From: Candidatus Latescibacterota bacterium
GTDB taxonomy: Bacteria; Latescibacterota; UBA2968
Reading direction: 5' to 3'
DNA length: 64,000 nt
Assembly (NCBI GenBank): GCA_965208125.1
Contig: OZ242320.1
Coordinates: forward strand, 2,304,001 to 2,368,000
The position numbers were made by a program, and so were the translations under genes. The notes under the pieces are model-generated. The model did not search any database. It worked only from the letters and a program-made list of their open reading frames with translations, and was not told the origin of the DNA. Below, one piece after another: positions 30,601-37,581 of this stretch (its first letter is position 1; each line of letters starts with the position of its first letter).

Positions 30601-31212
30601 GCCTGGGATATAGGATCCGATGATTCGTTTTGCGCTGGAATTAAAAGTCAAGTAGTCTCCGTTTTCAGTGACGGCGATCACGCCGTCACTGAGACTCTCC
30701 AGAATGGTTTCCAGGCGTTGCGCCTGATGTTGTAGTTCATCGATTTTTTGTTCCATCTCGCATTCGGTCTGTTTGTGCTTTCTTTCTCGTTTGTGCATGG
30801 AAAGAGCAGTCTGGATGTTTAGATGAAGTTGCTGTTCTTCATAAGGTTTTAGCACATAGCCAAATGGATGGGTGGCGCGTTGCAACAGGTCGCCCTCGGA
30901 ACCATCTGTGAGAAAGATTACGGGTATATCGGCGCTGAGTTGTTCGGCAACGCCATCGGCATCTCCCGACAGTCCGAGATCGATCAGGGCCAGGTCGGGA
31001 TGCATTTCAGCGGCTTTTTCAATGGCCTCCTGTGCCGAGGAAACCGCGGCGCACACGGTATAGCCCAGGCTTTTCAGGTGCTCTTCGAGGTGGATGGCGG
31101 AATGCGCTTTCATACGAGTATGTGAATGAAAGGCGGTTCCTGTCAGATGTTTTTCGAGGTGTTTAGCAGAAGCATGCTCGTCCTGGACAATCAGGATCTT
31201 TGCATCTGTCAT
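27607..31212 (-). CDS. Hybrid histidine kinase (REC-5xPAS-HisKA-HATPase), paralogue of neighbour
   Basis: Five xxDG(V/I)I-type PAS starts, same H-box and ATPase motifs; 4-bp overlap with downstream kinase. Confidence 0.92.
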   Translation of the reverse strand: MTDAKILIVQDEHASAKHLEKHLTGTAFHSHTRMKAHSAIHLEEHLKSLGYTVCAAVSSAQEAIEKAAEMHPDLALIDLGLSGDADGVAEQLSADIPVIFLTDGSEGDLLQRATHPFGYVLKPYEEQQLHLNIQTALSMHKRERKHKQTECEMEQKIDELQHQAQRLETILESLSDGVIAVTENGDYLTFNSSAKRIIGSYIPGTDLNRRSEEYGLFFPDRVTLFPSADLPLTRAIHGESSDDVEIFVCNPNLPEGAYINVSGRPLPPDNSGVKGGVIVFRDISKNKETDAKLEQAVSELRDQTQLMETVLENINNGVVLSDATNRTLFLNKSARRILGTEMDAEVQHIPINEVSETYGIFYADGKTHVPTDYLPLVRAVKGEKTEEMTLFVRNEQNADGNYVRIRGIPVPSSDGTMVKAGLTILRDFTEHEKMKNRLAQIDGEPHDHVPFIESVSDADNNGNKETAEKQKQIIEELREQIQFLEAICDNMNDGIIVANPIGQILFANRTVERIFGSWSINPDMSEWSKTFGVYYPDIKTPIPVEQLPLTRAFYGEETDEMEMFVRNQKNPEGTYISARGRPIFSNDESTIIAGLVVVRDLTQKKEVDAKLEQANREQQRQAQLLETVFNSISDGVIVADAEGQFTIFNPSAEQIVGIGMLETPPEQWTDQYGIFLPDQKTHLPTDQIPLVRAIQGHNTDDMELFIRNEKKPDGVYISVSGRPLEKDIDEHGGGVVVFHDITERKITEMELEQTARELRNQNELMETAFDNISDGIIIADLPKRSLYINPSFTQITGIKRVTLPLSELPRTHGIFYPDQKTLMNLRKQPLLRILFRKESIDDEDIFIRNKKKSDGVHIRVNGRPLYNEDDIVRGAVITFRDITEQWVNEEALAQAFAQGRLEILDTILHNIGNAINSVTVGIETVHQHLVENPLIHRLCALAEAIKAHRDDWDNYIQNDPQGQQVLPFVIALAEDFSRQDVALTKTVDRVKDRADHIADIIRTQETLDGPNMNLKDIDLRHAFAMAIKVLQESLNKRGIETVIDCEDTAPQEIRIQESKFHQMMINLIKNSIEAIDDLAAAGGLNAPPRIHIRTYVRGNDLTIEVEDNGIGIDLGEEYIRRIFASGYTTKESGSGLGLYSVANFVLSSGGQIRALSDGIGKGTLLRVKLNYPFHIPRNKIRNSTDDRSFDSNNISEKDETR

Positions 31213-31351
31213 GGTATTGACATCCTTTTTTTAGGGAAGGGGAGTATGCAGGAGCGCCGATATGCTGCCTGTTTTTTGCTCAGTATATGCAGGCTCGGCA
31301 TCGGCACTTTGATATATATGCAAATGTGTGCAAAAATCGTATGCAAATGTG

Positions 31352-31367
31352 TGCAAAAATCGTGCCA
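31352..31367 (-). promoter_or_regulatory. sigma54 promoter of the kinase-kinase-activator operon
   Basis: Minus strand TGGCACGATTTTTGCA, 15/16 identical to the adhesin promoter. Confidence 0.9.
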
Positions 31368-31559
31368 GTTTGTAATAAATGATATAATTATTTGTAAATT
31401 AACGAGTTATAGCATGAAAAATGATTCGCAAATTTTTGGACTGTTGCAGAATGCGACCTTGTAAACCGCAGGGAATGCATATTCAGTGAATTAAATATAC
31501 AACAAACGTTTGTTTATAGATAATTTATGGGAAAATTGGAGGTAGGATATAGAGGGTTT

Positions 31560-31593
31560 GTCGCAAATTGAAACAAATGTCGCAATTTGCGAC
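31560..31593. promoter_or_regulatory. Tandem enhancer (UAS) boxes; extra box at 31443-31457
   Basis: GTCGCAAATTGAAAC and near-perfect palindrome GTCGCAATTTGCGAC, 19-bp period; GTTGCAGAATGCGAC at 31443. Confidence 0.75.
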
Positions 31594-31613
31594 AGATATG
31601 ATGACCGAAGTGA

Positions 31614-31772
31614 CCCCGTATAAGCAATGACTCTATACAGCAAGCATTACGGGGCAGGCTCCCAAGCGGTTGTCATTGCGGCAAGGGGTTAGCCGCCACG
31701 CCGAAGGCACAACGCCAGTAATCCAGAAGGTGTTGCCTTTGGGTGGATGGGGGACTGAAAGCTGACCGCTTG
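31614..31772. repeat. Structured palindromic element (degenerate CGTC-type repeat composite or small RNA)
   Basis: CCCCGTA..TACGGGG hairpin; CAAGCGGT..ACCGCTTG outer stem; contains GTCATTGCGGCA..GCCGC..AATCCAG. Confidence 0.45.
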
Positions 31773-31774
31773 TT

Positions 31775-33136
31775 TTACAAAAAATACGCGTCCTGTTCTT
31801 TGCGTATTGTCCAGAGGGGGTCGTTGTCTTTGGGTTGTATCGCGCTTGCTGTGATGAAGGTGCCAGCGGGGATGTCCCGGCTGAGGATATTGCCGTTAGC
31901 CATGTGAAAGGGGAGGGGGTTGTTGGGCGCGACAGGTAGCGCGGGGCGCATGAGGTATTCGATGTTTTTGCTGTGGTCGTTGCCGATCTGGTCGCCGGCT
32001 TTGAGGTGTTTTTTTGCGCGGCCCACAACGTCGAAGGATGGGCGGTAGTCGGTGGTGCCTGTGGGCAGGTTTAAGAGGCCGGCGACGAGTGTTGTGATGG
32101 GTGTTTCAACGCCGCAGAGGTGGTAGGGTCGGTAGATGAGGGCTGTGGTGCCTTTTTTGTTTGGGATGAGTCCTTTGGTGGTGAGGATGTGGCGGGAGTA
32201 GGCATTTTCACAGGCGATGACGATGAAGACGCCGCCGCCGAGGCCGGGTTCGTTTGCCTGGCGCAGGCAGGAGACGCAGTCGATGACGCCGCGATGGGAT
32301 AAGATGCCGCCGTCTTCTTCGGGTGCGAGGACTTCGGGTATTTCAACGGTGCGAATTACGGGTGTGTGCAGGGTGTCTATATCGGGGATGAGGCCGGTGG
32401 CATTGGCGGCGATGGTGAGTTCGGTGACGTCGTAACCGGCGATGGCGCCGAGTTCGCCCATGATCTGGCGGCGTTGCGCGATATGAGCCGAGGGATTTTG
32501 GGTGGAGAATATTTGTTCGTCGGGGATCTGGATTTTGCCTTTGGACCAGACGATGGCGTTGGTCTGCGGGTCGTAAACGCGGTCGGAGTCGAGTGATTTG
32601 CCCCCGCAGAGGACTTCGAGGCCCAGGCCGCGCGCCCATTGTACGAGGCCCATGAGCAGGCCGTGCTGGTCGCCGTCAACAGCGGTATAGACGCGTCCGG
32701 CTTTGTCTGCGAGGTGTTTGAGGATGGGTCCGACGGTGACATCGGTTTCTTTGGATACCATGGCGACGTGTTTGCCGTGTCGGATGGCTTCTATGCCGTG
32801 TTTCGCGCCTGCACTGGGGACGCCTGTGGATTCTACGATGACGTCGAGGGGCAGGTCCATCATTTGCATGGCGTCGGTGAGGATGACGTGTTTGCCCTGT
32901 TCTATGGCTTCGGCGGCCTGTTGGGTGGTGTCGCATAAGATGGTTTTGTCAGTGTCCAGGCCCGCTTGATGATATGCATTTTGGGCTGCGTCCGGGTTTG
33001 TGTCGCAGACGACGGGGACGTGGAGTTGATCGACGACGCGCGATTGTGTGACGAGGGCTGTGGCGTAGTGTCCGGTGCCGATGACGCCAACGCGTACGGT
33101 GCGGTCAATTTGGGCGAAGAGCTGGTGATAGATCAT
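31775..33136 (-). CDS. NAD(P)-dependent oxidoreductase, homoserine dehydrogenase-like, with C-terminal SAF domain
   Basis: VGVIGTGHYA, HVAMVSKETDVTVGPIL, YTAVDGDQ, YRPYHLCGVE, SAF-like tail. Confidence 0.85.
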   Translation of the reverse strand: MIYHQLFAQIDRTVRVGVIGTGHYATALVTQSRVVDQLHVPVVCDTNPDAAQNAYHQAGLDTDKTILCDTTQQAAEAIEQGKHVILTDAMQMMDLPLDVIVESTGVPSAGAKHGIEAIRHGKHVAMVSKETDVTVGPILKHLADKAGRVYTAVDGDQHGLLMGLVQWARGLGLEVLCGGKSLDSDRVYDPQTNAIVWSKGKIQIPDEQIFSTQNPSAHIAQRRQIMGELGAIAGYDVTELTIAANATGLIPDIDTLHTPVIRTVEIPEVLAPEEDGGILSHRGVIDCVSCLRQANEPGLGGGVFIVIACENAYSRHILTTKGLIPNKKGTTALIYRPYHLCGVETPITTLVAGLLNLPTGTTDYRPSFDVVGRAKKHLKAGDQIGNDHSKNIEYLMRPALPVAPNNPLPFHMANGNILSRDIPAGTFITASAIQPKDNDPLWTIRKEQDAYFL

Positions 33137-33152
33137 GGTGATTTTCCAGGGG

Positions 33153-33812
33153 TTATTGTATTGCGATTACGCGAGCTGGTGCGCCGTCGGCTTCGGGGAT
33201 TTTTAAGGGTAGGGCGAAGAAGGATACGCGGTCCGCATTGAGCATGCCTGTGTTGCAGATGTATTCGATGAGTATGATGCCGTCGCGCAAGAGTATGTCG
33301 TGGGTTACAAATTCGTCAAGGGGTGCTCGCTCGCCACTGAGCAATTGGCGGATGGGATAGTCTTGCGGAAAGTCAAATGCGATGGCGCGGATGTTTTGCG
33401 CGTGTAGCCATTTTGCGGCGGCGCGCGACATGTAGGGTGCGCGGGTCCAGAATTCGGGGGTTTGATGCGATTCCACTTCGTCCCACCGCGTTTTCATGAC
33501 GACGATGTCTCCGGGCCGTATGTGCTGTCCGGCAGCGCGGATCTGCGCTTCGGTGATCGGCGTTTCCGGCGCGATGCCCGAGAGATTGACGACTGCGGCT
33601 TGTCCCACGATTTGGTCGAGTTCGGTGTCGCTGGTGGTGGGGCCTTCCGGGAACATGTGGCACGGTGCATCGACGTGCGTGAATCCGTGGACGGCCCATC
33701 CCATGTGGGTCACTTGCGCCATGTCGCCGGTTTCAAAACTGCTTTTGAGGCTGCGCTCAACGGGCCAGCGGAAGTGGTCGGCAATGGGCATGGTGAGGTC
33801 GATGATGGGCAT
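33153..33812 (-). CDS. Cyclase family metal-dependent hydrolase (kynurenine formamidase-like)
   Basis: IIDLT, HGFTHVDAP.H, LPLKI..ADGAPARVIA. Confidence 0.9.
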   Translation of the reverse strand: MPIIDLTMPIADHFRWPVERSLKSSFETGDMAQVTHMGWAVHGFTHVDAPCHMFPEGPTTSDTELDQIVGQAAVVNLSGIAPETPITEAQIRAAGQHIRPGDIVVMKTRWDEVESHQTPEFWTRAPYMSRAAAKWLHAQNIRAIAFDFPQDYPIRQLLSGERAPLDEFVTHDILLRDGIILIEYICNTGMLNADRVSFFALPLKIPEADGAPARVIAIQ

Positions 33813-33814
33813 GT

Positions 33815-34420
33815 CTATATGTTTCCACGCGTTTCGAGCAGGTCGATGATTTGCATTGCGGCTTCTTGTGGGGTGCTGTCAACGGTGTGTATGACGAGTT
33901 CGGGATTTTCGGGCGGTTCATAGGGGTCGGAGATGCCGGTGAAGTTGGGTATTTCACCTGTGCGCGCTTTTTTGTACATGCCCTTGGGATCGCGTTCTTC
34001 GCATACGTCGAGCGGGGTGTTGATGAATACTTCGATGAAGTCTTTGTTTTCCATGAGTTCGCGCACGCCGTCGCGGTCGGTGCGATAGGGGCTTACAAAG
34101 CTGGATAGGGTGATGATGCCGGCGTCGGCAAAGAGTTTGCCGACTTCGCCGATGCGGCGGATGTTTTCAGCGCGGTCTTCGGCTGAGAATCCGAGGTTTT
34201 TGTTGAGGCCGTGGCGGATGTTGTCGCCGTCGAGTACGTAGGCCAGGTGCCCGCGTTCGATCAGGGCGTGTTCTGCGGTGAATGCGATGGTGCTTTTGCC
34301 CGAGCTGGGCAGTCCGGTGAGCCAGATGAGTGCGCCTTTTTGTTCGAGCAGGTCTTCGCGCTGTTTGCGCGCAACATGGCCTTCGTGCCAGACGATGTTG
34401 GTGGCTTTGACTTCGGTCAA
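33815..34420 (-). CDS. cysC: Adenylyl-sulfate (APS) kinase
   Basis: WLTGLPSSGKST, LDGDNIRHGL, RDPKGMY, FTGISDPYE; TTG start with GGAGG. Confidence 0.96.
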   Translation of the reverse strand: MTEVKATNIVWHEGHVARKQREDLLEQKGALIWLTGLPSSGKSTIAFTAEHALIERGHLAYVLDGDNIRHGLNKNLGFSAEDRAENIRRIGEVGKLFADAGIITLSSFVSPYRTDRDGVRELMENKDFIEVFINTPLDVCEERDPKGMYKKARTGEIPNFTGISDPYEPPENPELVIHTVDSTPQEAAMQIIDLLETRGNI

Positions 34421-34539
34421 GAGATTCCTCCTGGTAAAGATTTAAAGTGCGTTTTGGATGCTTTAAGATACCAAATTTTGGGTGTGAGGATGTAAGAATA
34501 TTTAGATATTGGTTTTTCTCGAATTGTGGTATAATTTAC

Positions 34540-34631
34540 GTAATTATTCAGGTTCTTGTGGTCGTGTAGGAGGGAAATGGATGTTGTAGGAGCGGCATCC
34601 CTGCCGCGATCAAGGTCGGGGAGCGGGGTAC
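34540..34631. repeat. 39-bp dispersed motif followed by GTAG REP module
   Basis: GTAATTATTCAGGTTCTTGTGGTCGTGTAGGAGGGAAAT (37/39 identical to 41314-41352), then GTAGGAGCGGCATCCCTGCCGCGAT. Confidence 0.8.
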
Positions 34632-34671
34632 TACGATTATAAAACGAGGTACGCAATTGGAGGAAAAATCC

Positions 34672-35838
34672 ATGGTTGATCGAAAAAAAATTGCAGCGGT
34701 GATTACGTCGTATTTTCCGCGGTCACATGCCGATGTGATTGTGACGAAGTTTTTGAAGGGGTTTCCAACAGATGACGGGTTGCTTTCGCCAGAGGTGGAT
34801 GTGGTGTCGATGTATCTGGATCAGGTGCATTTTAGAGACGATATCGGGTGCGCGATTGCAGAGGAATTCGGTGTGCCGATGTACGGGAGTATTAACCAGG
34901 CGTTGACTCTGGGCGGTGATGAGCTGGCGGTGGATGGGGTGTTGCTGATTGGCGAGCACGGCGATTATCCCTATAATGAGAAGGAGCAACATATGTATCC
35001 GCGCAAGTATTTTTTTGAGCAGATTTGCGGGGTGTTCGCTTCGTCGGGGCGGTCTGTGCCGGTGTTTAGCGATAAGCATCTTTCGTATAATTGGCACGAT
35101 GCAAAGTGGATGTGCGATCGCGCGCGGGAACTGGAGGTGCCGTTTATGGCGGGGTCGTCTCTTCCGCTTGCATGGCGCAAGCCGTGGCTTGAGTATGAGT
35201 TGGATACGGAGATTGAGACGGCGATGTCGGTGGCTTTTGGTGGGCTTGATTCTTATGGTTTTCACGCGCTGGAGACGCTGCAGTGTATGGTTGAGCGCCG
35301 CGCGGGGGGAGAGACGGGGATTGTGGCGGTGCAGTGTCTGGAGGGGGATGATGTTTGGGTGTCGGATGCGTGGGATAGAGATTTGTACGCGGCGGCTGTA
35401 GCGCATATTGAGGCGAAGGAGGATGGCGATGTGCGCGCGCATTGCGAGAATCCAGCTGTTTTTTTGATAGAGTATGCAGATGGGCTGAGGGCGGCGACGT
35501 TTATGTTGAATGGGTACACGCGGGGGTGGGGTTTTGCGGCGCGGCGTGGGGGAGAGGTCGATAATATGCGCGTTTTTTTGCCGGATAATCCGCATGCGCA
35601 TTTTAGTTATTTGAGTTTGAATATTCAGCAGATGTTTTTGACGGGGCGACCGCAGTATCCGGTTGAGCGCACGTTGCTGATTTCAGGTGCGCTGGAGGCG
35701 TTGATAGATTCGCGGTATGAGGGGTATAGACGGGTTGAGACGCCGCATCTGGATGTGGCTTATCGTTCTTATGAGGAGATGCCGATTAGGCCCACGAATT
35801 CCGATCCGGTGGGCGCGAGTCTGGTGCCGTTTGAGTAA
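34672..35838 (+). CDS. Conserved hypothetical protein, Gfo/Idh/MocA-like oxidoreductase fold
   Basis: SHADVI, DGVLLIGEHGDYP, FSDKHLS, FMAGSSLP, YGFHALE, PYPVERTL-like motif; host-like codon bias. Confidence 0.7.
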   Translation: MVDRKKIAAVITSYFPRSHADVIVTKFLKGFPTDDGLLSPEVDVVSMYLDQVHFRDDIGCAIAEEFGVPMYGSINQALTLGGDELAVDGVLLIGEHGDYPYNEKEQHMYPRKYFFEQICGVFASSGRSVPVFSDKHLSYNWHDAKWMCDRARELEVPFMAGSSLPLAWRKPWLEYELDTEIETAMSVAFGGLDSYGFHALETLQCMVERRAGGETGIVAVQCLEGDDVWVSDAWDRDLYAAAVAHIEAKEDGDVRAHCENPAVFLIEYADGLRAATFMLNGYTRGWGFAARRGGEVDNMRVFLPDNPHAHFSYLSLNIQQMFLTGRPQYPVERTLLISGALEALIDSRYEGYRRVETPHLDVAYRSYEEMPIRPTNSDPVGASLVPFE

Positions 35839-35842
35839 TTTT

Positions 35843-36184
35843 ATGTTAGCGTGCGTTAAAAATCCCGAGCGCGGGCGGGTTTATACGATTGATTTTGAGA
35901 CGTCGGAGTTTACGGCGCTGTACGCGGTGACGGGGCAGCCGATTTTTGCGACGGTTTCGATTTCTTATGTGCCGGGAGAGGTGTGTGTGGAGCAGATGTC
36001 GCTGAAGCGGTATTTGGGGTCGTTTCGGGATGAGAAGGTGTTTTACGAGGGTGCGGTTAATAAAATTGTGGATGATTTTGTAGCGGCTTGCGATCCTGTG
36101 ACGTTGGATGTGACGGGTGATTTTGCGGTGCGAGGTGGGATTGAGACGCGGGTGTCTGTGGCGTATGATCGCGAGGATGTGTAG
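35843..36184 (+). CDS. QueF-like T-fold protein lacking the catalytic Cys and Asp
   Basis: EFTALYAVTGQPIFA versus canonical EFTSLCPKTGQPDFA; VEQMSLKRYL, FYE and RGGI retained. Confidence 0.8.
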   Translation: MLACVKNPERGRVYTIDFETSEFTALYAVTGQPIFATVSISYVPGEVCVEQMSLKRYLGSFRDEKVFYEGAVNKIVDDFVAACDPVTLDVTGDFAVRGGIETRVSVAYDREDV

Positions 36185-36267
36185 GGGCGGGTTTAAAACC
36201 CGCCCATCATTGCGTTATGATATTGTAGGGGCAATCCCTCGTGGTTGCCCGATTGTAGGGGCGAGGT
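36181..36267. repeat. GTAG REP cluster between the two queF-like genes
   Basis: GTAGGGGCGGGTTTAAAACCCGCCC, GTAGGGGCAATCCCTCGTGGTTGCCC, truncated GTAGGGGCGAGG. Confidence 0.85.
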
Positions 36268-36618
36268 ATGAGTGTGTTAGAGGCGTTTGACAATCCGAAT
36301 CCGGAACGGCGTTATACGATTGAGTTTACGTTTCCGGAGTTTACGTCGCTGTGTCCCAAGACGGGACAGCCGGATTTTGCGACGATTGTGATCTGGTATG
36401 TTCCAGGTCCGCGGTGTGTGGAGTTGCGGTCGCTGAAGCACTATTTCTGGTCGTTCCGAGATCAGGGGATTTATATGGAGCCTGTGACGAATCAGATTTT
36501 GAACGATCTGGTGGCGCTGTGCGATCCGATTGAGATGGAGGTGATCAGCCGTTTCAATATTCGCGGGGGTATAGATCACGAGATTACAGCGTCATATCAT
36601 AGAGAAAATAATCCGTAG
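36268..36618 (+). CDS. queF: preQ0 reductase QueF (unimodular), with motif substitutions
   Basis: PEFTSLCPKTGQPDFA, VELRSLKHYFWSFR, YME, RGGI. Confidence 0.88.
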   Translation: MSVLEAFDNPNPERRYTIEFTFPEFTSLCPKTGQPDFATIVIWYVPGPRCVELRSLKHYFWSFRDQGIYMEPVTNQILNDLVALCDPIEMEVISRFNIRGGIDHEITASYHRENNP

Positions 36619-36638
36619 GAGCGGCATCCCTGCCGCGA
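36615..36638 (+). repeat. GTAG REP unit
   Basis: GTAGGAGCGGCATCCCTGCCGCGA, same as 34586. Confidence 0.8.
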
Positions 36639-36671
36639 ATGAGGTGCGCGGACGCTGCTACGAGATAGGGC

Positions 36672-37040
36672 ATGCGCTTGTCTGTCATAGCGTCTGATAC
36701 GGCTCCTCTGTGGGCGAGTGGTTGGGATCCCAGTAATCTCATGATTGTAGAGGGAGGTGTTCTTCACACGCGGTTCATTCACATCTGTCACGAGAGCGGT
36801 CAAGCAGAGATGCTGACGGATAGGATGGATGATGTTGTGGCGCTGACTGTGGCAGTGGGTCCCCATCCGCTGATGAATGGCGTTCTGAGGTTGACGATAG
36901 CGGGGCTTGATGCATTAGAGGTGGTGTCTGACGATGGGGAGGTTACTATTTCTGGCTCTGGCCTGACCGCCCAATTCACCAACGCAATCGTGGATGAAAA
37001 TGATGGGCAGGTTACTGTTTATCTGGATGAGCAGAACTGA
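36672..37040 (+). CDS. Hypothetical protein (122 aa, acidic, beta-rich)
   Basis: ORF fills the gap co-directionally; no recognisable motif. Confidence 0.55.
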   Translation: MRLSVIASDTAPLWASGWDPSNLMIVEGGVLHTRFIHICHESGQAEMLTDRMDDVVALTVAVGPHPLMNGVLRLTIAGLDALEVVSDDGEVTISGSGLTAQFTNAIVDENDGQVTVYLDEQN

Positions 37041-37070
37041 ACATTTTTACAAAAAAAAAGCCCATAGGAC

Positions 37071-37099
37071 TTGCTTAATTCTAAAAGGTCTGTTATAAT
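37071..37099 (+). promoter_or_regulatory. sigma70-type promoter
   Basis: TTGCTT-17 bp-TATAAT with extended TG. Confidence 0.6.
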
Positions 37100-37142
37100 T
37101 CCAGAGACGGAGTATAGACTACCACACACGAAGAAAGAACCC

Positions 37143-37409
37143 ATGCAGATTCCGACACCACAAGACAAACTGTCCGAAATGGACGCCCGCCTGGCGCGCG
37201 TCGAGGGAATTGCTGAACAAATGAATACGCGCTTGACTGGCCTTGAAACCCGCGTTGACAACGGCTTTTCCAATATAGACACCCGGTTGACCAACATGGA
37301 CACTCGCAATAACAGCAATTTCAGGTGGCTTATTGGCCTGCTGGTCGTTGTGTTGCTTGCAAATGTCGGTACAGCCGTTTCAATCATTATGACTTTTGCT
37401 AAGCCCTGA
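37143..37409 (+). CDS. Small coiled-coil protein with C-terminal TM helix (DUF1640/XhlA-like architecture)
   Basis: Heptads MDARLAR/MNTRLTG/IDTRLTN followed by FRWLIGLLVVVLLA. Confidence 0.75.
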   Translation: MQIPTPQDKLSEMDARLARVEGIAEQMNTRLTGLETRVDNGFSNIDTRLTNMDTRNNSNFRWLIGLLVVVLLANVGTAVSIIMTFAKP

Positions 37410-37457
37410 ACAGAAAAGGGCTTCTCGAATGCGCCACTACAAATATGAAATTTCTCC

Positions 37458-37487
37458 CCCGGTCTCATTATTAAGACCGGGTTTTTT
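37458..37487 (+). terminator. Intrinsic terminator
   Basis: CCCGGTCT-loop-AGACCGGG followed by T tract. Confidence 0.75.
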
Positions 37488-37581
37488 ATTTCATCACTTC
37501 ACTTTATACTTTATTGCCGATACGTAAGTGCCTATAATTGGATTGAGACAGTATTAACTCGTTTAATATGAGGAGAGAGTC

